From contig JWZX01003091.1 in assembly GCA_001275005.1 (NCBI GenBank), forward strand, positions 1 to 40,986: a stretch of DNA of 40,986 bases, read 5' to 3'. Made by a program: the position numbers and the translations under genes. The first letter of the stretch is position 1; each line of letters begins with the position of its first letter. Of this stretch, positions 31,672 through 40,512 are shown piece after piece. The DNA comes from Chrysochromulina tobinii (taxonomy: Eukaryota). The notes under the pieces were generated by a model, which worked only from the letters and a program-made list of their open reading frames with translations, made no database searches and was not told the DNA's origin.

Positions 31672-34600
31672 CGAGCCGTCGCCGTCGCCTGATGACGACG
31701 GTAATTCGACCGAGACGACGACGACCACTCCCCCCCGCGTGCCGCCACCCGCTGTGCCGCCGTCGCCACCGGAGCCACCGGAGACAGACGCGCAGCAGCT
31801 GCTTCGCCTCGCCGCCGCCCGTCTCGCCGCCGAGTCGTTGACGAAACTCAATGCGAGCAGCGCCGATGCATTCGCCATCTTCCCGCTGCCAGCGCTCTCG
31901 ACCGTTTCGCCGACCGGCGCCTTCCTGAACGGGGGCGTCCCCTTGACCATATTAGGCAGGGGCTTCGATATTCTTCGCGAGGTGCGCGCCGTCGCGGGCA
32001 GCGCCGTATTGGGCGGTCAGTGCCGCTTCGGCGGACCGACGGGCGTGCGCGTGCCCGGCACGGCGCTCGACGACGGCGCGTTTGCATGCGCGTCGCCCGC
32101 TTGGGGCGCGCGTTCTCCTGGGCGCGTGCCGATCGAGATCTCCATCTCCGCTCCGTTTGGCGCCGACTACGCCGACTGGGTAGGGGGGCGACGACACCCA
32201 CTCCTCTTCACACTTGCCCGCCCGTTCACACTCTCCTCTGTCCTACCCGCCGGGGGGCCCGTGCACGGGGGGACGCGCCTCTACCTGCGCGGCGACGGCT
32301 TCGAGGGTTTTGCGCGCACCACGCCGTCGGCCTCCCTGTGCAAGTTCGGACCGTTTGAAGGCCATGCGTTCGAGGGCTACCCGTAAGCTCTACACTGATG
32401 ACCACTGATGGCGTCTGATGGCGTCTGATGACCTCTGATGACCTCTGATGACCTCTGGTGACCTCTGATGACCTCTGATGACCGCTGATGATCTCCTCTC
32501 GATCTGCAGCCATGCGCTCAACGGCACCGTTCAAGCGACTCGCTCGAGCGCCACCCTCGTTCTCTGCGTCGCTCCCCCCGCTGTCGGTCTCTTGCCGTCA
32601 AGCGTCGCCCTCCGACTCTCACTCAACGGCATCGAGTTCGCTCCCGGGGCGCACGCGGGTCCTCGGGAGATGCCCTTCTATCAGTACGCGGATGACCTCG
32701 AAGTGCTGCTGATGACCACTGATGACCGCTGATGACCACTGATGACCTCTGATGACCGCTGATGACCGCTGATGAGAGCTGATGGGTACTGATGAGCGCT
32801 GATGGCCTCCCTCATCAGGTACTATCCACACCCAACGCTCGTGCAACTGCAGCCGTCGCGGGGGTCCGCAGCCGGGGCACAGCTCATCACCATCGTTGTA
32901 CTCGGTCTTGAGGCGTTTGGAAGCCTGAGTGAGGCCCTCTGCCTGATGACGCCTGATGACGCCTGATGACGCTTGATGACGCTTGATGACGCTTGATGAC
33001 GCCGACGTGATGTTCTCGTGAGCCCCCCTGAGTGCCTGTGATTGCCTGGGATTGCCTCCCTCATCAGGTGAGACCCTCTGCATGATTGGGGACGCCATCG
33101 TGGCAGCGCGCCATCGTGGGCGCGCCACCGTCGTCTGCCCGACGCCGCCGCGCCGGGCGGGCGCCGTCGCGGTACGCCTCTCTCTCAACGGCCAGAGCTT
33201 CACACCGCGCGACCAGGTGAGCTTCACACCGCGTGAGCATCTTGATTGCCGTTGATGACGTCGGATAGGGGATTGCCTCTGATTGGCTCTAATTGGATCT
33301 GATTGGCTCTGATTGGCTCTGATTGGCTCTGATTGACTCATGACTGGCGCCGCGCACGCGATCGCAGGCGCTCGAGTACACGTATGCATGCGAGCTGAGC
33401 TATTCCACACGCGACACCTGTGTTCTCGACCCGGCATGCGGCTACTGCGAGCCGTTGAGCGTCTTGCTTCCACCGGGTATTCCCGATTTGGAAGAGGAGG
33501 AAGGCGACTGGGTGGCCAACCGCGCGGCCGATGGCGGCGGCGTCGGCGGCGGCGTCGGCGGCGGCGACGGCGGAGGAGGAGGAGGCAGCGGCGGCGGCGG
33601 CGGCAGCGGCGGCAGCGGCGGCGCAGGCGCAAGTTCACACTTGCTTGGTGAGGGAGGGCCTCAAGGTTGCTTGAGCCGCTCGCTCTCCTCTCATTGCATG
33701 CTGATTGCATGCTGATTGCCTCCCTAATTGCCTCCCTAATTAGGTTGCCTGAGCCGCTCGCTCTCCTCTACCTGCCGCGGCTACTGGCGAGAGCAGTTGC
33801 CGTTGAACATGAGCGCGCTCGGGACGGCGCCCTCCATCTATACGGGGACTGTTCGGCCGGCGGAGACGCTTCATTATCGGCTGACGCTGCCGCTGCCGCC
33901 GGGTACGCGCTCGGGACGGCGCTTCGTTGACGGCGCAGCGGCGTGGCCACCGATTGCGGCCACTGATTGCGGCCACTGATTGCGGCCACCGATTGCGGCC
34001 ACTGATTGCGGCCCTGATTGCGGCCACTGATTGCGCCATGGAGAGTGATCCCGCTGATGAGCGCCGCTGAGAGCTGTGATTGCGCCGCTGATGATGTGAT
34101 GACGTCCCTCATCAGGTACGAGGTCGGTCGTTACGTTCCACAGCCCGAGCGCCGTGTTGGACGTTCGCAGCCCAGCCGGAGGCACGCAATCACCCGTCAT
34201 CAGCGGCGGAGGCACGCAATCACCCGTCATCAGCGGCGGAGGCACGCAATCACCCGTCATCAGCCGTGCGACGCATGGCGAGATCGCAACCTCGGCCGCG
34301 CCCGGCGCCTCCGATGTGATCTCGACCTCGGGAGATGCGATCTGGCGGTACGAGATCGCGCGCGCGGTGCCGGTCGAGGTGCCCGAGACGGCGGCGGCGC
34401 GGCGGATCTCGTCACGATCTCCCTGGGCGCCGAGCGCGGTGAGTGGTCTCGATCAGCCGACGCTCAGGACGGCGCTCGAGACGGCCGGATGGGGGCGGGG
34501 GCGGGGGCGGGGGCGGGGACGGGGGCGGGGGGCGAGGAGGACGACTACAGGCCTAATGACGAGGACGAGGACGCGGACGAGGTCGCGGCCATGCAGGCCG

Positions 34601-36179
34601 CCCTCGTCGCCTCCGCCGCCTCCGCCGACAGCGTCTCACCCTCCTCGGCTGTGAATGCACAGCGGCCGCGGCGTGAATGCCAGGCGCCGCAGGAGTTGGT
34701 ACTCGACTTGCTGGTGCGCCTCGAATGGCCTCGAATGGCCTCTGATTGCATAAGATTGCATAAGATTGCATATGATTGCATATGATTGCATATGATTGCA
34801 TATGATTGCATATGATTGCATATGATTGCATATGATTGCCCTTGATTGCATATGATTGCATATGATTGCCTCCGATAGCCTCTGACGGTACTTGGCCTGC
34901 TGGTGCACGAGCCGCGCCTCTTACGCTCCTACACTCACGAGGTGATCGATGCATGCAAGTGCTCATCACGGCGCTCCGCCCCCTTTCCCCACAGGTGCAT
35001 GGGCCGCGCCTCCTGCGCTACTCTCGCGACGACCAGCGCGACAACACGATCTACACCACCCTCCCGCCGCCTTCACAGCACAATCCGTTCACAGTGGCAG
35101 TCTCGATGGCGCTTGATTACGCGGATGGCTTCGGATGCGGATGCGATGGCGAGCCCGCCTTCTTTGAGCTGCGGGCGCCGCCGTGGGCGCCGCAGAACAA
35201 CACGACCAATACCACGGCCGCCCTCCACCTGACCGAGGGCGCCGTCGTGGGCACTCCAGGCAGCCCCAGGTGCATCGCCCGCCCTTCCAATCAGATGCAT
35301 GCAAGTGCTCATCACGGCGCCTTGCACCCTGTTCCCACAGGTGCATCGCACGCCCATCCAATCAGACAGACGTGAGCACGCCGCCGTCGACCAACTCCAT
35401 ATTAGGCAACGGGACGAATGTGAGCTTGGCGACGGAGATGACTGTGAATGTGAACGTGACTGGGGTGGTGAACACGACGAACATCACGTTTCCACCCGCC
35501 GTGCCGCCCCCATTGCCACCTGGGTGGGCACCCAATGGTACGCGCTGATGACCTCTTGATGACCTCTTGATGACCTCTTGATGACCTCCTTGATGACCTC
35601 TCGATGACCTCTTGATGGCCTCTTGATGGCCTCTTGATGGCCTCTTGATGGCCTCTTGATTGCCACTTGATGGCCTCTTGATTGCCACTTGATGGCCACT
35701 TGATTGCCACTTGATTGCCACTTGATTGCCACTTGATTGCCCCCTCAGGCACGGCGGAGAATCCGCTCGGACTTCCCTATTGCGATGAGCTCGAGGACGA
35801 GATCGGGAGCTCCGGCGGCGAGATTGGGGGAGATATGGAGGAGATTGGGGGAGATATGGAGGAGATTGGGGGAGATATGGAGGACGAGGACGTCGACGGT
35901 CCAGGGAACGTGACTGAGGTGGACACGTCGCCGCCCTCATGCCCAGCGCCCCCGGCGCCACCTGTGGTGGATGTGGTCCGCTTCATCCGAGCATGCGGGC
36001 TCGAGTTGCATTGGGGAGCGACCATACTCCAGAGGCGAGCGCCCTCAGTGCACGCGGGGGCGCCCACGACGGCGCCCAGCGCCGCTGCGACTGGAAGCGG
36101 CAGCGGCGGTGAAGGCAGCAGCGGCAGCAGCGGCAGCAGCGGCAGCAGCGGCGGCGAAGGCAGCAGCAGCAGCAGCAGC

Positions 36180-36213
<34 letters not shown>

Positions 36214-37472
36214 GCAGCAGCAGCGACAGCAGCAGCCTACCTACCCTTCCCCTTCCCTCGAGCTGGCTACGGTTGACGAGCGGCGCTGGCTCGGTCGGGA
36301 CCGCTTGGTACAGCGCGCCCCTCCCCCTTCGCGCAGGCTTCGATTTGCTCATCACGGCGCCCCAACCCCTCTCCCCACAGGTACAGCGCGCCCCTCCCCC
36401 TTCGCGCGGGCTTCGACACGAGCTTTACGTTCCAATGGCTGCAGGTGATGGCCATTGATCACATTGATTGCCATTGATTGCCATCGATTGCAATTGATTG
36501 CCCTCGATTTACATTGATTGTCATTAATTGCCATCGATTGACATCGATTGACATTGATTGGCACTGACACGAGCTTTCCGTCCCCTTGGCTGCAGCCGAG
36601 TGCACGCACCGATCGGCACGCACCCAACTTCGGCGGCGGGCTCGCGTTCGTGGTGCATGCCGACGTTCGAGGGCCGTTTGCGGTGGGCTGTGCGGGCGGC
36701 GGCTTTGGGTTTCGTGCATGCAAGTGCTCATCACGGCGCCTCGCCCCCTTTCCCCACAGGTGGGCTGTGCGGGCGGCGGCTTTGGGTTTCGTGCGAGCCC
36801 GGACGCGGCTGTGGAATGCTCCGAACGCGTGGGCCGCGCTGTCGCGGTCGCTCTCCACGCCGACCATTTGGAAGTCATACGTACGTTGATTGTCTTAACT
36901 TGCCATGGAGTACCTTGGACTGCTACTGATTGCTAATGATCGCTACGTTTGTCATTGATTGTCATTGATTGCCACCATATTTGACAACCATACGTACGCT
37001 GATTGCCGTGGATTGCCTCTGGGCGACACTGCGCGACTCTGAGCTCCTGATCAACACACACTGAATGCTTCCCTCATCAGGCACCGATGAGGACTTTGCA
37101 GTGCCGTTACTCGCGGGCTACTTCCCCTGGCCTCGGCGCGTCGATGACGGCCGGCCGCACCGCGTGCGCCTCACGTACTCACGGCCCGGCGGCGGCAGCC
37201 TCGCCGCCTTCGTCGATGACCTCGAGAAGCCCGTGCTCACGACGGCGCTGGACCTGCAAGGCCACGCGCTTGACGAAACGGGGCGCGGCTTCGCAGGCTT
37301 CACAGCGGCGAGCAGCGCCGTGGCGAGCAGCGCCGTGGCGAGCGGCGCCGTGGCGAGCAGCGCCGCCGGAGCGCCCTCGGAATCGCCCACGACGGCGCGG
37401 GTCGAGGACGAGGTCGCGGTCGAGGTGCTCGACTGGCAGCTAGCCACCTTCTTTATGGAGACGGCGTCCTAA
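20757..37472 (+). CDS. Very large multi-exon protein (about 40 introns) with many IPT/TIG (plexin/fibrocystin-like) repeats, Pro/Ser/Gly-rich linkers and a C-terminal legume (L-type) lectin-like domain
   Basis: Recurring exon translations PxGGPxxGGTxxTxxGxGF...CxFG...C...SLNGxxF...YY. The last exons encode WLRLTSGAGSVGTAWYSAPLPLRAGFDTSFTF...GGGLAFVVH...HRVRLTY...FAGFTAAS. Stop at 37470-37472. It could be more than one gene; the start is uncertain and no clear signal peptide follows ATG 20757. Confidence 0.72.
25680..25785 (+). repeat. Intronic 18-bp tandem repeat x6 with TGACGAAAC core
   Basis: Copies at 25681, 25699, 25717, 25735 (variant), 25753 and 25771. Confidence 0.9.
34743..34870 (+). 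repeat. Intronic (GATTGCATAT)n 10-bp minisatellite
   Basis: About 12 consecutive units visible. Confidence 0.9.
35545..35742 (+). repeat. Intronic 11-bp minisatellite grading from CTTGATGACCT to CTTGATTGCCA
   Basis: Visible array between the donor at ~35538 and the acceptor at ~35748. Confidence 0.9.
36683..36759 (+). mobile_element. Candidate intron-forming cassette B insertion (GCATGCAAGTGCTCATCACGGCGC...CCCCACAG) with a perfect 35-nt target duplication
   Basis: 36683-36717 is identical to 36760-36794. Related cassettes end introns at 2457, 14952, 24507, 25538, 26303, 27694, 34994, 35340 and 36380. Confidence 0.6.
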
Positions 37473-38220
37473 TATGGCTTCAAATAAACAGAGACGTTGA
37501 CGGCCGACGGTCGACCCTTGGCCACCACAAAGTCTTGCGTTGACAGTTGACAGTTGACATGTTCTATTTCATATCGTCACATCTATTTCCATCGTCCCTT
37601 AGACTCTTCCGCCCGCAGGGGTACGCGCTGTAACGTCGGTGTAACGTGAGGCTGAGTGCGAGTCGGTAAACCGGGTCCGGGACGTCCCGGTCGCATGCAG
37701 ATGCACGTAGAGACCTAGAGTTACGTCAAATGCCGTCCCGGTGAAAGGCAAAGGGCGCGCGGAGCCTCCGCGCGCGAGTCGGAGACCCCCTACAGTGCAT
37801 GCTACAGTGTTTGTCCGGTGGTGACATCTAAGAACGTAGAACCTCTTTCGGACTTCAGCCCGCTCTCGAGGGGTCAGCTCTACTCACTGGACCCCCTAAG
37901 CGGCATGCAAGGGTCCCTGGAGCCAAGGGCTCCCGTTCCCACTGAGGGCGAACACGCGGACGGTAAAATTCGTAACCCTGTAACCTTCCTCCTCCGTGGT
38001 GAGCACTGCTGCGTGCTCTGCGGCCTGCGCGCGCGTGGGCCGGTGCTAACCTGCCTGCCGTGCACCGAGGTCCGAGCACCGCATGCGAGCACCGTCACAG
38101 TCACCCAGGCGCGTGCTGCTCGAGCGGCGCGAAGAGCCGCCGCGCCCACATGCCGACGGACGTGCGCGGCGGCGGAGGCACGACCGACCAGCGGTCGCCC
38201 ATGGCAAGGTGGCTTGGGGG

Positions 38221-40512
38221 TTAGCCACCCGCCTGCGCGATCAAGAACTCATTCTCGGCGTTGTTGATCGCAAGGTTCCGCAGCGCAGCCGCCGCGTACT
38301 CCTTTTGGCCAGCCGTGCCGCTCTGCACCAGCGTCACGAGCGGCGAAATGGCGCCCGCCTGCGCGATCAAGACCTTGTTCTCGTCGTTGACCGCGAGGGT
38401 CCGCAGCGCATCCGCCGCCTGCTCCATTTCGCCAGCCGTGCCGCTCTGCACCAGCGTCACGAGCGGCGCGATGGCGCCAGCCTGCGCGATCAAGACCCTG
38501 TTCTTGGCGTTGGTATACGCAAGGTTCGCCAGCGCACCCGCCGCGGGCTCCTTTTGGCCATCCGTGCCGCTCTGCACCAGCGTCACGAGCGGCGCGATGG
38601 CGCCCGCCTGCGCGATCAAGACCTCATTCTCGGCGTTGGTGTACGCGAGGTTCCCCAGCGCACTCGCCGCGTGCTCCTTTTGGCCAGCCGTGCCGCTCTG
38701 CACCAGCGTCACGAGCGGCGCGATGGCGCCCGCCTGCGCGATCAAGACCCGGTTCTCGTCGTTGGTGTACGCGAGGTTCCCCAGCGCAGCCACCGCATTC
38801 ACCTTTTGGCCATCCGTGCCGCTCTGCACCAGCGTCACGAGCGGCGCGATGGCGCCCGCCTGCGCGATCAAGACCCGGTTCTCGGCGTTGAGCGCGAGGT
38901 TCCGCAGCGCACCCGCCGCGCGCTCCTTTTGGCCATCCGTGCCGCTCTGCACCAGCGTCACGAGCGGCGCGATGGCGCCAGCCTGCGCGATCAACAACTT
39001 GTTCTCGGCGTTGACCGCGAGGTTCGCCAGCGCACCCGCCGCCTGCTCCTTCTGGCCATCCGTGCCGCTCTGTACCAGCGTCACGAGCGGCGCGATGGCG
39101 CCAGCCTGCACGATCAAGACCCGGTTCTCGGCGTTGTACGCGAGGCTCCGCAGCGCACGCGCCGCCTCCGCCCCGGCCGCTGGGTCTTGGGCCGTGAGCA
39201 GCGCCACAAGCGGCACGATTCCGCCCGCCCTCGCAATCGCCACCCGCGACTCGTCGTCGGTCATGTCAGCCAGCGCTCCGGCCGCATCCGCGCTGCCGCT
39301 GCGCACCTGCTCGACCAGCCGCTGCAGCCGCTCGTCCTTCGAGGGCGCCGGCGGCGCATCTGCGCCCGTGCCCACGCCCGCACCGCCACCCGATGGCCTC
39401 GGGGCTCCGCCGGCGAGCGTCAGCGTCGGCAGCGCCATCTTGCGCACAACCTGATGGTCGAGCGCCAAGAGCTTGGCGAGCTGCATGCCCTTGTCCTTTT
39501 GATTGGTCACCTGAATGTCCGGGCTGCCAAGCATCGCGTAGATCTGATCCAAGCTCTTGTCCGCCACCAGGGTCTCGAGCTCCGAGGCCGTGACTGAGCT
39601 CGCGAGGTGGATGGGCACGATGTCACAGCGCCGCTTCTCGCGCGGAGCGGGCATGAGGCCGTCGACGGTCGCCATCTGCATCGAGATCCACGCTTCGAAG
39701 AGCGTCCAGAAGCGGGTCGTGTAGGTCCGGTCGCAAAGAATGAGGACCCGCGAGCCGAGAAAGAGCAGGGAGACGAAGCGCAGGGTACGCCCGAAGACGA
39801 GCTCCTCGGCCGGGGTACGCACCTTCTGTGGCGCGCACGAAAAGTCGACCCACACGAGTTTGATGGCCGGCTTGCCGCGCACGTACACACACATGGCCGC
39901 GAACTGTTTGCCCTCCGTGTCCGGCTCCGCTGGCTGCTCCCAGCGATGCGAGACGGCAAGCACTTCGTCCGCGTACTCGTGCTTGCACGCGCCCTCGAGA
40001 GTGATCTCCTTCTCGACAAACCAGTCGGGCCTCTGCCGCTGCAGGTCCTGGAACCTGGGCAGCACCCGATCATCACAGCCCCGAAGCTTGTCGGCCTTGA
40101 TGAACCAGAGAACGATGCGCTCCCCCTCCTCGTCGTCGTTGGGGGTCGCTTGCACTGGCAGCACTCTGACCTGCTCCGCGGCACCAGGGGCCGAAAGCTC
40201 CAGAGCCACCGTTTCGAGCGACACCGCAGTCCCGCTCAGCGATTCGACCCACCTGACGGCGTGACCCTCGCGCATTTGAACCCTCTTTGCGACCTGCAGA
40301 AGCTTCTCCGGGGACGAACTCTTGAGATAGTCCAGATCGTCGTACCCAAGCTCTCTGAACGCAGGAGCGTACCGATCCAATCCGAGGGCGGCCAAGCTGG
40401 CGGTGACCTCGTCTGGCCCCCGCGCGGTCTGGTTCTGCGGGAACGGAACGTTGGCCCTCAAGGGGCCGTCAAGAAGGCCCGGCGTCGGCTCGGACGAAAG
40501 CGCACAGCCCAT
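38221..40512 (-). CDS. Intronless SAM + HET (TIR-related) + armadillo-repeat protein (763 aa) with an MGC acylation-type N-terminus
   Basis: Start MGCALS; SAM-like LAALGLDRYAPAFRELGYDDLDYL; HET motifs LAVSHRW, VWVDFSCAPQ and YTTRFWTLFE; at least 8 ARM repeats (AGAIAPLVTLVQSGTxGQKExAAxALxNLA). Confidence 0.85.
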   Translation of the reverse strand: MGCALSSEPTPGLLDGPLRANVPFPQNQTARGPDEVTASLAALGLDRYAPAFRELGYDDLDYLKSSSPEKLLQVAKRVQMREGHAVRWVESLSGTAVSLETVALELSAPGAAEQVRVLPVQATPNDDEEGERIVLWFIKADKLRGCDDRVLPRFQDLQRQRPDWFVEKEITLEGACKHEYADEVLAVSHRWEQPAEPDTEGKQFAAMCVYVRGKPAIKLVWVDFSCAPQKVRTPAEELVFGRTLRFVSLLFLGSRVLILCDRTYTTRFWTLFEAWISMQMATVDGLMPAPREKRRCDIVPIHLASSVTASELETLVADKSLDQIYAMLGSPDIQVTNQKDKGMQLAKLLALDHQVVRKMALPTLTLAGGAPRPSGGGAGVGTGADAPPAPSKDERLQRLVEQVRSGSADAAGALADMTDDESRVAIARAGGIVPLVALLTAQDPAAGAEAARALRSLAYNAENRVLIVQAGAIAPLVTLVQSGTDGQKEQAAGALANLAVNAENKLLIAQAGAIAPLVTLVQSGTDGQKERAAGALRNLALNAENRVLIAQAGAIAPLVTLVQSGTDGQKVNAVAALGNLAYTNDENRVLIAQAGAIAPLVTLVQSGTAGQKEHAASALGNLAYTNAENEVLIAQAGAIAPLVTLVQSGTDGQKEPAAGALANLAYTNAKNRVLIAQAGAIAPLVTLVQSGTAGEMEQAADALRTLAVNDENKVLIAQAGAISPLVTLVQSGTAGQKEYAAAALRNLAINNAENEFLIAQAGG
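38224..39260 (-). repeat. ARM coding repeats of 123/126 bp: seven near-identical units plus a divergent first unit
   Basis: ccgtgccgctctgcaccagcgtcacgagcggcgcgatggcgcc recurs seven times on the + strand with few mismatches. Confidence 0.95.

Noticed and set aside
11068..35748. CTGATGA repeats and CGAAAC motifs as hammerhead ribozyme cores
   Set aside because: I found no locus with CUGANGA, stem II, GAAA and closing stems in the right order; the motifs occur in separate tandem arrays
20757..37472. Fragmented pseudogene, or TGA read-through / alternative genetic code
   Set aside because: The stop-rich stretches are bounded by GT...AG, and removing them restored the frame at every junction I checked
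208..37472. Functional glycan gene cluster (sulfotransferase, GT31, lectin, FG-GAP receptor)
   Set aside because: These families are large in algae and are interspersed with unrelated housekeeping genes; there is no evidence of co-regulation
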